DNA of 63,791 nt, the filler included. It is 4 parts of 4 records of this genome, joined end to end, with 100 filler letters (N's around TTAATTAATTAA, not from the genome) between each part and the next. Parts side by side here need not be neighbours in the genome. Positions count along the whole stretch, not along the records: positions 1 to 19,373 come from SRR31147125_12191; 3 more parts are not named here. One strand, 5' to 3'. Below the pieces are notes generated by a model. That model worked only from the letters and a program-made list of their open reading frames with translations. It made no database searches and was not told the origin of the DNA. This document shows, in pieces, positions 1 to 9,466 of this stretch (positions are counted from its first letter, which is position 1; each line of letters begins with the position of its first letter). Position numbers and translations under genes: made by a program.

Positions 1-627
1 TTTTTTCGAAAAATAGTTGATAATATAATATTACTGGGTCGGTACGAATTGTTGAATGGTATTTTGGTTACTCCAAACCAGTTTTCCAGTATAAAAGAAT
101 ATAAACAGATTTGTGAGTTCGCTAAAAACAACGGTGCGAAATATGTTTTAATGAATCCGCTTTCTGAGTTTGGTAGAGGACAAAAATCAATTGATATAGC
201 GTTTACTAAGGAACAAATGATACAGCTAAGAGCTACAACAGAGGAGTACGCAAGCGAAAACTTTGAGATGATTTATATTAGATTTCCTAATGATAATAAA
301 CCACTAGAAGATTGTATCGCAGGAAAGATTAATTACGTTTTTGCTAATGGTGATGTAACAATTTGCCCATATATGGTTTTTGCAGCAAATAATAAAAAGA
401 GTATATATAACCCATCGGAATTTATTATTGGAAATATCCTAAAATCTGATATAACTTTAGAAGATAGTTTATTTGCTCATAATTTTAGTAAACGCACAGT
501 TAATGAGTTTTGTTTAGAATGCTCATATTCAGAGTGTAAACATGGATGCTTAGCAGCAAAAATATCAAAGGGTATGGATATATCAGGTTTTGATAGTGAG
601 TTATGCCCGCGATTAAATTTTCAATGA
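1..627 (+). CDS. Radical SAM protein with C-terminal SPASM domain (5'-truncated by window edge)
   Basis: Frame is open from base 1. SPASM pattern CIAG...ANGDVTICPY...IIGNI...CLECSYSECKHGC...C. The N-terminal CxxxCxxC motif lies outside the window. Confidence 0.85.
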   Translation, partial: FFRKIVDNIILLGRYELLNGILVTPNQFSSIKEYKQICEFAKNNGAKYVLMNPLSEFGRGQKSIDIAFTKEQMIQLRATTEEYASENFEMIYIRFPNDNKPLEDCIAGKINYVFANGDVTICPYMVFAANNKKSIYNPSEFIIGNILKSDITLEDSLFAHNFSKRTVNEFCLECSYSECKHGCLAAKISKGMDISGFDSELCPRLNFQ

Positions 628-639
628 TGGAGAAATGAT

Positions 640-1248
640 ATGGCGCTATTTATTACAGTTGAAGGTCCAAATGGGGCTGGAAAAACAACAACAGTTAATG
701 CATTAGAAAAAAAGTTAAGCTTGAATTGCAAAGTATATACTACTAAGGAGCCATCACCAACAGATTTTGGGAACTATGTAAAAAAAAATGAAGGAAGTTT
801 GACTAGCAAAGCCTATGCACATTTAATTGCAGCTGATAGGTGTTATCATGTCGAAAACTTTATTATGCCTGCATTGAACAATTATGATATAGTGTTGTGC
901 GATAGATACATTGAATCAAGTTTGGTTTTGCAACATTTTGATAATGTTGGACTAGACTATATATGGAAACTTAATGAAGATTTTGTAATTCCAGATTTAA
1001 GTATAATACTAATTTCTGATAGCAATATTTTAGAGAATAGATTGAAGCTACGAGATCAGAATAGTGATTTTGAGCTGAAGATTTCAAGAAAGAGAGAAAT
1101 TGAATTGTATTTGTTTGCTTATGATTATATTTTGAGTAAAGGATTTAATCCGATTTATTTGAATAGTGCTACTGAAGATATGGTAGATATGAATGTATCA
1201 AGAATTCTTAGCGAAATAGACAAATTAAGGGAGATTAGTTATGAATAG
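640..1248 (+). CDS. dTMP (thymidylate) kinase-family nucleotide kinase
   Basis: P-loop FITVEGPNGAGKTT, plus TKEP, AADR, DRYIESSL and PDL motifs of the Tmk family. Accessory context, so not necessarily the housekeeping tmk. Confidence 0.9.
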   Translation: MALFITVEGPNGAGKTTTVNALEKKLSLNCKVYTTKEPSPTDFGNYVKKNEGSLTSKAYAHLIAADRCYHVENFIMPALNNYDIVLCDRYIESSLVLQHFDNVGLDYIWKLNEDFVIPDLSIILISDSNILENRLKLRDQNSDFELKISRKREIELYLFAYDYILSKGFNPIYLNSATEDMVDMNVSRILSEIDKLREISYE

Positions 1249-2023
1249 CGAATTTAAAATACTTACTTTAAACATTGGTAATCCATCAATTCAACGAGCA
1301 GAGTTGCAAGTTAACTGGATAGAAAAGAGAAATGAAGATGTTTTTGTGTTAACAGAAACGAAAAATAGCAAAGGATGCAATTATATTGCTGATTATTTCA
1401 AGAATTATAATCATACTTTGCTTACAATGAATTCAGATGTATCTTATGACGTTTTTTTTCCAAAGTCGTCAACTGGTGATTTAGGAGTTATGATTATAAG
1501 TAAATTGCCAATAAAGAATAAATACTCAATACATGAGGAAAATAGTATTTTTTTCTCTAGGTTTGTTGGGTGTGATATCGAAATTGAATCTAGCGAATTC
1601 AGGGTGATTGGAATGTATGTTCCTTCAAGAGATCGCAGTGAAGAAAAAATAACTCGTAAAAAAACTTTCTGTATTGATTCTGCGAATCACATTAAGAAAT
1701 TAAATAATCAGTCCTGTATAATCTGTGGTGATTTAAATGTGCTAGAGAGAAATCATGTTCCTCATTACTCTACTTTTTTTGATTGGGAATATTCATTTTA
1801 TGAATTTTTTGAAAAAAACAATTTAATGGATAGCTTTAGATATTGTTATACTGATAAAAATAGGTATAGCTGGGTTGGGAGAACCAACGATGGCTATAGA
1901 TATGATTATATATTTGTTTCTAATAAAATCAAGGAGCAAATAAAATCATGCAACTACATTCACGAAACTAGACATAATAAATTAACGGATCATTCTGCAA
2001 TATATGCAAATATTCTTTTATAA
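1241..2023 (+). CDS. Endonuclease/exonuclease/phosphatase (EEP, ExoIII-like) family protein
   Basis: LTLNI, LTET, GDLN, RYDYIF and TDHSA catalytic motifs; overlaps the kinase gene by 8 nt. Confidence 0.9.
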   Translation: MNSEFKILTLNIGNPSIQRAELQVNWIEKRNEDVFVLTETKNSKGCNYIADYFKNYNHTLLTMNSDVSYDVFFPKSSTGDLGVMIISKLPIKNKYSIHEENSIFFSRFVGCDIEIESSEFRVIGMYVPSRDRSEEKITRKKTFCIDSANHIKKLNNQSCIICGDLNVLERNHVPHYSTFFDWEYSFYEFFEKNNLMDSFRYCYTDKNRYSWVGRTNDGYRYDYIFVSNKIKEQIKSCNYIHETRHNKLTDHSAIYANILL

Positions 2024-2148
2024 ACAATATATAGTAAACAGATTAATTTTTTAACAAACTTTTAAATACTTGTTGATTTATTAATGTATTTATATGAGTT
2101 AACAACTACTATTCAAAGTATAATTTAGTTATTTGTTTTGGAGAATAT

Positions 2149-3458
2149 ATGAAAAAAAGAACTTATAGACGATTATTAAAAAAAGAAATATCAATAATTG
2201 ATGTTTGGTCAATTGCAATTTTCATTGGTATTATTTTGTTCTGTTTTATTTATACACCAACATTAAATTTAGTAGAGAATAAGGTATATAATTTTTTATT
2301 TGATATGTATGAATCGCATATGACTATATATACTGTAATTGCTAATATTTTATTAACAGTGTTTTCGTTATCTGTATATTTCCTTATTAAAATAATTTAT
2401 TTAAATAAAAATAGGAATTATTTTTTTGTTGATGAGATGCAAGTAAAATATGTAGAGTTTTTGAAAGGTGCAAAAAGTATTTATATCTATTCAGGTGATT
2501 TAGGATTTTTAGTAGACAATGATGAACAGTACAGATTGATAAAAAGACTTGGGAAAAAAGCTATATCATTTTTGATGGCTTAGGTATTGTTGATAGAAAA
2601 GAAGAATTATATAACAGAATTCTCGAACTTAAGAAGTCAGGAGTTAATATTAGGAAGTATAATTCTAATGATGAAAAAATAGTTTTTCGAGGGCAAATAA
2701 GAGTTGATGCAAGAGGGAAAAAAGAATGCCTCTTTGTTGAAAAAAAGCAAAATAGTATTTATTACGAAATTAAAATAACTGATCAATTTATAACTAAAGT
2801 ATTGATAAGTAAATTTTGGAAGGCATTTAATAGAGGCGGCAATGCTTTTATTTCAACAATTTTATTTGATTTGGGAGGGGTGTATTTAAATGGAGATTTT
2901 ATTGAAGATTTCTTAGAATATTTAAAAAGCTATCATAATATTATCATTAAGCCATCAAGAAATGACAAGTTATTTCTTGATGTCGACCTCTCATTAGGTA
3001 AAATAACAATTGTTCAATGGATAGAGAAAAGAACAGGGATTAAGCTAAAGTTATCTCAAAAAGAAGAAGTGGAAAGGAAATGGTCTGAGATATGGACTCC
3101 CAATAATTCAATGTGTACACTTATTGAGATTTTAAAGAGAAATTATTTTGTTACTGCATCTGACAACATTGATAGAGAAAATGGGTTGATATATTTTGAG
3201 AAAGGTTATTTTAACTGTTTTCAAGATCCGATTTTTCTGTCATATCAGTTGGGTAAATGCAAGCCTGATCACGAGTTCTGGCTTCATATATTTGAAGAAT
3301 TGAATGTTTATCCACAGCAAGTATTATTAATAGATGACCATGAAGAAAATATAAATAAAGCTAGAAAAGAAGGAATGGAAACTATTAGATATTCTGTAAA
3401 GAATCAAAGTTTTGAATATTTGGAAGAACAGTTAAAGAGTAGGCTGATTTCAATATAG
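2149..3458 (+). CDS. Two-TM membrane protein fused to a HAD-family phosphatase (one gene split by an indel near 2555-2560)
   Basis: Two hydrophobic helices at the N-terminus. The frame of 2802..3458 stays open back to about 2560. HAD motifs FDLGGV, GKCKP and LLIDDHEEN. Confidence 0.75.
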
Positions 3459-3590
3459 TTTTCAATAGATTTAACATAAAAATTCTGATGTTTAACCATG
3501 CACGAATTTATATATTTTTAAAAGGAAGTTGTTAGCTTTGATATGTATATATTATATAATCTAATTCAGATGTAATGAAATGCAAGATAC

Positions 3591-3620
3591 AAAAGCCCAT
3601 ACCCTATGGTATGAACTTTT
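3591..3620 (-). terminator. Intrinsic terminator just downstream of the tRNA 3' fragment
   Basis: Minus strand AAAAGTTCATACC-ATAG-GGTATGGGCTTTT; stem closes with two G-U pairs and ends in a U-tract. Confidence 0.7.
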
Positions 3621-3625
3621 ATTTT

Positions 3626-3646
3626 TGGCGGAGAAGGAGGGATTCG
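3626..3646 (-). mobile_element. Prophage attachment core: 3' end of tRNA-Ser (21 nt fragment, not a full tRNA)
   Basis: Minus strand CGAATCCCTCCTTCTCCGCCA (T-arm half, acceptor stem, G discriminator, CCA), about 900 nt downstream of a tyrosine integrase. Confidence 0.85.
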
Positions 3647-3748
3647 TTCAAACCTGTTGTTCTGATGCTGAAATAGCCTAAAAATGGCTTTAAACAGGGC
3701 TTTTTGGCTATTATTAAACAAGATTAAAAAGCTTTCATGCAAAACTTG

Positions 3749-3768
3749 TGTGATAATAATGTGATAAT
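3749..3768. repeat. Putative integrase arm-binding direct repeats (TGTGATAAT x2)
   Basis: TGTGATAAT at 3749 and 3760 (11-bp period); TGTGATAA also at 4548-4555 in the integrase 3' end. Confidence 0.55.
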
Positions 3769-3770
3769 TT

Positions 3771-4526
3771 TTAAAAAGGATACTTATCCTCGGATCTAGT
3801 TATTTCGTAATTTATATTGTCTATATCGTAATTAACCGAAGAAGTAGCAGACCAATCATTTGTATTAAATAAAGCTAAACAACGCCCAGATTTATGTTGC
3901 GAACTATTATATTCAACACCATCATAACCTTCAGATTTAATAAATTCTGAAACTGCCTGTGATGGCATATATTCCGTTGTATGCAGACCATTTAAAGGGG
4001 AAGAATATAATAAATCAATATAATAAATAAAAGCATCTGTAAAAACATCTCCAAAGTAATAAGGCTTGCTTATAAAAGATATCAAAGAAATATCTCTTTT
4101 TATTTTACCTTCGCCTACAACACATGTGCTTGCAATTGTTGGCCGTGTTTCGGATAGAGCACATATTTCACTATCTGCTAAGTAAAGATAAGATATGCCT
4201 TTTGGATTTACTCTACCATCATTTGCAATATGTGAAGGAGGTGCACCAAGTTCTTTTGGAGAATATCCTTCAAATTTAGGATACAAATTAAAGTTATAAT
4301 GACCTGTTTTTTCGTTCGATATTCTTGCTCTATAATAGACTTTTTCTTTCGGTATTTCTTTTTTTAGTTCTGGAAGCAAATCTTTAAGAATGTCAAATGC
4401 TTCTTTTGTTCTACTTTTATCGGAACCAAAGAAAAATCTTCCACCTTGATTTATATAGTCTACTAAGCTATTTAAGTAAGAATAAGCTTCTAAACTAGCT
4501 TTACGATTTTCGTTAGAATTTTTCAT
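3771..4526 (-). CDS. RES-domain protein (NAD+-targeting toxin family)
   Basis: YYRAR, GRVNPKGISYLYLA, ALSE and GYDGVEYNSS give the R-E-S signature. Confidence 0.85.
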   Translation of the reverse strand: MKNSNENRKASLEAYSYLNSLVDYINQGGRFFFGSDKSRTKEAFDILKDLLPELKKEIPKEKVYYRARISNEKTGHYNFNLYPKFEGYSPKELGAPPSHIANDGRVNPKGISYLYLADSEICALSETRPTIASTCVVGEGKIKRDISLISFISKPYYFGDVFTDAFIYYIDLLYSSPLNGLHTTEYMPSQAVSEFIKSEGYDGVEYNSSQHKSGRCLALFNTNDWSATSSVNYDIDNINYEITRSEDKYPF

Positions 4527-4540
4527 ATATGTTCTCCAAA

Positions 4541-5686
4541 TTAAACCTGTGATAAAATATTATCCAACTTATCTATTGCAGATGCCTTTTGTTTGTCCTC
4601 TACATGAGTATATATCTTTGCTGTAATTTCAATATTTGAATGACCCATTAGCACGGATGCGGTTTTTAACTGGACACCGTTCTTTGCTAGTAGGCTACAA
4701 AAAGTATGTCTTAAAATATGGAATTTGCGAGGTTGGAGAGCTAAACTTATTTCAACTCTTTTCCACCTTGCTAATAGATGATTTGCTTGAATTAATCTAC
4801 AATGAATATTTGTAAACAGAAAATTATCTTTACTGAATAAAACACCTTTTTTCAAATGCTTTTGTTTTTCAAATGCAATATGCTTTTTTAAATTTGGCAG
4901 TAGTGTTTTTGATACTGGTATATCACGAATACTGGATTTGTTTTTGCATGGTCTTATAATTGCTTTTCTTTTTGAACCATCACGATCAATTACTTTAACG
5001 ATATTTACACTTCTACGGACATGAATCATATCATCGTGAATATCAGAGTGCTTTAATGCTAATATTTCACCTTGGCGCATTCCTGTAGCTAAAGCAAATT
5101 GGAATATAAACAAAGAAATATCATCGTTAAATGCTTTATTTAAAATGGATACTTCGTTATCATCTAAAAACAACTTTTCATCATCCAATTCGACAATTTG
5201 TTCATCCTTTGGCTTCTTTGTATTTAAACATGGATTTTTTATTAAAATATCTTCTTTAACACAATATAAAAAGAAATTATTTAGCAGCACATGGACACGA
5301 TCCGCTTTAGAAGGTGTTAAGGGATTATATAATTTTTGCACATCTAAAGATTTAATACTGACTAAAGGATTATTTGCAAAAGGTGCGGTTTTGATATAGT
5401 TTCTATAGATGCTTTCATATCTGTTAAAAGAACTATCTGCAACACTAGGTTTTTTGACCTCGAACAACCATTCATTAAAAAATTGATTAAAACTTAGTTT
5501 ATCAAAATCGATATTCAAACCGCGACTAATACCAGCAATATATTCATCTCGCTTTTGCTCAGCTTCTTTTTTGCTAGATCCATAGAATGTTTTACGTTGG
5601 CGTTTACCGTCTAGATCCGTTCCAATTGTTGCTGTAACTCTGAAATACTTTTTACCATTGATTTCAACATTCGTTTTCTTAGCCAT
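4541..5686 (-). CDS. int: Phage tyrosine integrase
   Basis: TGMRQGE, HILRHTF, LMGHS and IYTH catalytic motifs; N-terminal arm-binding domain. Confidence 0.95.
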   Translation of the reverse strand: MAKKTNVEINGKKYFRVTATIGTDLDGKRQRKTFYGSSKKEAEQKRDEYIAGISRGLNIDFDKLSFNQFFNEWLFEVKKPSVADSSFNRYESIYRNYIKTAPFANNPLVSIKSLDVQKLYNPLTPSKADRVHVLLNNFFLYCVKEDILIKNPCLNTKKPKDEQIVELDDEKLFLDDNEVSILNKAFNDDISLFIFQFALATGMRQGEILALKHSDIHDDMIHVRRSVNIVKVIDRDGSKRKAIIRPCKNKSSIRDIPVSKTLLPNLKKHIAFEKQKHLKKGVLFSKDNFLFTNIHCRLIQANHLLARWKRVEISLALQPRKFHILRHTFCSLLAKNGVQLKTASVLMGHSNIEITAKIYTHVEDKQKASAIDKLDNILSQV

Positions 5687-5727
5687 TATAATAACCTCAT
5701 AAATAGTTAATGGTGAATTTAATAGTT

Positions 5728-6504
5728 TTAAATATACTGTTTTTCATAGCAGTAAGATTTTAATTTTTGTTTAAAATCTAGAAATTTGTCTTTAAGCTCT
5801 AAATTTGAGGATATAAGATCTCTTGCACTAGCTTCATTACAAACTAAAACTTCATTGACCGATAAACAAAAACTTTGTACCATTTGTTCTGATATAAATT
5901 CATGTACCTCTGAATAACTATCGAATTCTCCATTAGCATATTTAAGTAAAATACCATTAAACCAATTTCTTATTTCAGAATCCATACAACTATGGATACT
6001 ATTCATTAAATCATATAAAGAATTAGATCTTATCCAAAAAGCATTTTCTGTTGAAATTTCAAATGTCCCAGATGCATGTGCCATGTCATTACGCAAATTC
6101 ACTAAAGTGACAATCTTTTTAATTTTACTATCATCTAAATTAATCAAATTCAGAATCTTTGGAAGTTCTTTTTCAGGAACTATACTATATTCGAAGACTG
6201 ATTCAATATTAAAAAAGTCGATTGTTTTATTTTTGTATGGTTTAGCGAACACAACAACGTCACTATATCTTGATTCTTTTATTTGACTTATTTTCCATAC
6301 AGTGCTGTAAATATAAGTCATAAACAGGAGATGTAATCCGAAATAAGCAAATTGATATTGTTCATGTATGTAATTAACAGCTATTGAATTTGTTATATTT
6401 CTAATGTATGAAGAGATATCCCTTTTATCTTTAGCATCAATAGGCAAAAATTCTAAAACTTCCTTTAGATATGGTACTTCTGAGTAATCAATAACATCTA
6501 TCAT
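5728..6504 (-). CDS. Hypothetical protein with HEPN-like RxxxxH motif
   Basis: 258 aa, helical-looking, contains LRNDMAH; starts 8 nt after the R-M stop codon. Confidence 0.6.
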   Translation of the reverse strand: MIDVIDYSEVPYLKEVLEFLPIDAKDKRDISSYIRNITNSIAVNYIHEQYQFAYFGLHLLFMTYIYSTVWKISQIKESRYSDVVVFAKPYKNKTIDFFNIESVFEYSIVPEKELPKILNLINLDDSKIKKIVTLVNLRNDMAHASGTFEISTENAFWIRSNSLYDLMNSIHSCMDSEIRNWFNGILLKYANGEFDSYSEVHEFISEQMVQSFCLSVNEVLVCNEASARDLISSNLELKDKFLDFKQKLKSYCYEKQYI

Positions 6505-6512
6505 ATGTCCAC

Positions 6513-9401
6513 CTAAAGTTCTTTCAACATATATTTCATTTTCTCACTAAACATATGTATGAGTTCTTTTGACGATTTAATATGAGATTGTTCGACTGAT
6601 ATTTCATCCAAAATATTACGCTGTTCTTCTAAGGAAGGTACAACAATTGAATAATTTTTTATGTAGTCTATATCAATTCTCTGTTGTCCAGCAGTTCCAG
6701 TCATGAAATTTTTTCCTTGGCGCAAAAAATCCCAAGAGTTAATATGATAATAAATCCATTCTGGATAAACTATTTTTGTATTTGCTCTTATTACGATAAA
6801 TTCAGTTGACCCAAAACCAATTCCATTTCTTAAATTTACTGCAATTCCCGCTTTGCCATTTTCAAAACAAGGAGTTATCTTTGCTAGTAAGACATCATTA
6901 TCTTTGAAATAAGTATAGCCTTGCAATACTTCTCCAATTAACTTTTCTTTAACTGCAGAAAAAGATTTACTGTGAGAATTTATATCACTCATAGGAACGA
7001 AAGAAACTATGGTATCACTTGGTAGTTCTCTAACCTCAGTTTTAGGTGGTCTGATGTTTGAAATAGAATCCAATGTCTTTATTTCTCCATTTACATTCCT
7101 AGAAATAATAGGTTTGTAATTATTAACTATATTCCTTGCGTTATTAATTATGGACTCATAACTTTCTAGTTCCTTAACAATATCTTTTTGAATATCAATT
7201 GGGGGTATGGGAATTTCCAGCATACCAAAGTTCCTTTTGGATATTTCTTTAAAAGTAGCGCCACTTGCTAAATTCATCATTTCTTCTTTTCTACATACTA
7301 AAGCATAAGCTAAATATTCAGGCAATACAGCAGATTGATTTTTTATTATTATATTTTTGAATCCTTGGTTTGTAGCTAAATCAGTTTTTGCAATCCCTAC
7401 TCTACCAATAGTTGCTCTTGATGAAACAATAACTGCATTTTTTGGAAGGAGCTTTGCACTTGAATTCTTAAGCCCTTTTTCTGAGATTTTTCTATTAGAA
7501 TCAACTATTTTAGATACATAATTCTCTGGGGATAAATCAGCAAGTGTTATCCAATTTATATTTCCATTCCAATAATCTAAATTAGCACTACTAGGAGTAC
7601 CTCCTGAGGAAATAGAAAAGTAATCTTCATTACCCAAGCTTATTAATGGGAATTCTGTTATTCTTGTTTCTTGCTCTTTGTATCTACTACCTACTAGAAC
7701 AAAAGAGTTATTAATTACTTTTTTTAATGGAATAACTTCAAAACCAACTTTCAACATTTCATCCATTTGTTCACTATCTAATTTGCGAAACTCTTCGTAT
7801 TTCGTTAAGTCGCTAGGAGTATCAAGCTTACGTCGATGATTATCAAGAGTATACCCATCACTCTTCACATCAAAATACCAATAATCTCTACGCTTTTTCT
7901 TAAAAGGAATTTTTTGATTTATTTTTGTTGCAAAAATAATATTTGTTTTAACGCCAGTGTATGGAAGAAAAACACCTTGTGGTAATGAAATTATACTCTG
8001 TAGTTGTGAATTTGCTAAAAGATACTCACGAGTTTTAGTTAGATCCTTTCGGAACAAAAATCCCTCTGGTACAACTAGTGCCATCCTTCCATTTTCGGAA
8101 AGCGCATCAATTGCTTTCATACAATGTTGAACGCAAATACTATCACCATTTGTAGTTGGGAAATCATATAAATTACCGTGATTAGTTTTTTGAGAATAAG
8201 GCATATTAGCAAGAACCACATCATATTCTCCGTTTACTGGATTAGCTAAGCTATCCTTCATATGTATATTACTATGTCCATCACCAGCCAATATCATATT
8301 CATTTTTGTTATTCTAGCAGTATTGGTTATTTCATTGCCATAGATTGTTTCTTCTCGTAGCATTTTCTCATTTCGTTGTGTTCTAGACATATTATTGTGT
8401 ATGTGTCTAAATGATTCTATTAAGAATCCACCAGTTCCGCAAAATGGATCATATATTTTTTCTCCAATTTGAGGATTAACTAGACGAATCATTGTTTTTA
8501 CTATATGGCGAGGTGTAAAATACTCGCCAAGATCATTTTTCGATGCAGTAGAAGCTTTAAGAAAGTACTCAAATGCATCCCCCTTAACATCACTATCAAC
8601 ATCGGTAAGTGTAAGTGGATCAAGCTTATCAATTATTTCTTTCAATATCGAGTTATCCCTGATAGTCAATGGTGTGAATATTTCTGTTTTGTATAGCTTA
8701 TTAAGCTTTTGATAAACCATTGAATTTATATACTCAATTCTAGTTGTTGGAGGTATATTTTTTATAGTATCCCAGCTACATGAAGTATCAAAGTCAGATA
8801 GAATACCAGTTTCTCGCTTAATTTCTTCGCTTTCACTAATAAGCTTTAAAAAAAGTATATTTGCAAATTCACTAAAACGCTCAATTCCTGCTCTCAGTCC
8901 ATCTCCCCTTAGCATATTGTTTGCGTCATCGAAAATTTTAATTAATTCTTTACGATCGTACTGTACTTTTTGACTAATGGTGTTTACTTCTGGTGTTGCT
9001 AAAAACTTTAGAGCTAAAGCTTCTCTAATAAATTCATCTATATCTTCACCGTTTAGCTTTGGTGTTGTGTTTCCAAAAGTGTGAAATGCTTTACAAAAAA
9101 CGCCATCCGTTGCATATACTAAAGGGGCATTAAGAGTCTTTGCATATGACAACCCTTGCTCTAACGCTTTGTCAATACGCTCACCTTTTTTCTTAGCCTC
9201 AATAACTATTAATGGCGTATCACTATCTTTAGAGTACAATACATAGTCTGGTCTTTTTCCCTCAAGCCTTTTTTGCTCATCTTTAGTTCTAGGGCGTTCA
9301 CAAAAAACATTTTGCTCTTTACCTTTAAAATTCCACCCTAGATTTTTCAAATTTGTATCTATGAGATGACGTGTATCGCATTCAAGTGGAAATGTATTCA
9401 T
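6513..9401 (-). CDS. Single-chain restriction-modification enzyme (HsdR_N-type nuclease + N6-adenine MTase + HsdS-type specificity domains; type IIG-like)
   Basis: PD-(D/E)xK RPDYVL...IEAKK; GEYFTPR; DPFCGTGGF (motif I); NMPY (motif IV); two TRD-like blocks (GGTPS...NQGF and GSTEF...GTAGQQRI). Confidence 0.9.
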   Translation of the reverse strand: MNTFPLECDTRHLIDTNLKNLGWNFKGKEQNVFCERPRTKDEQKRLEGKRPDYVLYSKDSDTPLIVIEAKKKGERIDKALEQGLSYAKTLNAPLVYATDGVFCKAFHTFGNTTPKLNGEDIDEFIREALALKFLATPEVNTISQKVQYDRKELIKIFDDANNMLRGDGLRAGIERFSEFANILFLKLISESEEIKRETGILSDFDTSCSWDTIKNIPPTTRIEYINSMVYQKLNKLYKTEIFTPLTIRDNSILKEIIDKLDPLTLTDVDSDVKGDAFEYFLKASTASKNDLGEYFTPRHIVKTMIRLVNPQIGEKIYDPFCGTGGFLIESFRHIHNNMSRTQRNEKMLREETIYGNEITNTARITKMNMILAGDGHSNIHMKDSLANPVNGEYDVVLANMPYSQKTNHGNLYDFPTTNGDSICVQHCMKAIDALSENGRMALVVPEGFLFRKDLTKTREYLLANSQLQSIISLPQGVFLPYTGVKTNIIFATKINQKIPFKKKRRDYWYFDVKSDGYTLDNHRRKLDTPSDLTKYEEFRKLDSEQMDEMLKVGFEVIPLKKVINNSFVLVGSRYKEQETRITEFPLISLGNEDYFSISSGGTPSSANLDYWNGNINWITLADLSPENYVSKIVDSNRKISEKGLKNSSAKLLPKNAVIVSSRATIGRVGIAKTDLATNQGFKNIIIKNQSAVLPEYLAYALVCRKEEMMNLASGATFKEISKRNFGMLEIPIPPIDIQKDIVKELESYESIINNARNIVNNYKPIISRNVNGEIKTLDSISNIRPPKTEVRELPSDTIVSFVPMSDINSHSKSFSAVKEKLIGEVLQGYTYFKDNDVLLAKITPCFENGKAGIAVNLRNGIGFGSTEFIVIRANTKIVYPEWIYYHINSWDFLRQGKNFMTGTAGQQRIDIDYIKNYSIVVPSLEEQRNILDEISVEQSHIKSSKELIHMFSEKMKYMLKEL

Positions 9402-9466
9402 TGTTTTTTCTCCTTATATATGAATTGTTTGAAATTCTTCAATTTTTCTCGTATAAGTAAAAATAC

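Noticed and set aside
1-627. Prokaryotic viperin
   Set aside because: A full SPASM Cys cluster is present and no viperin-specific motifs are visible; only the kinase linkage is analogous.
3626-3700. Intact tRNA gene
   Set aside because: Similarity stops in the T-loop; there is no anticodon or D arm, so it is only an att fragment.
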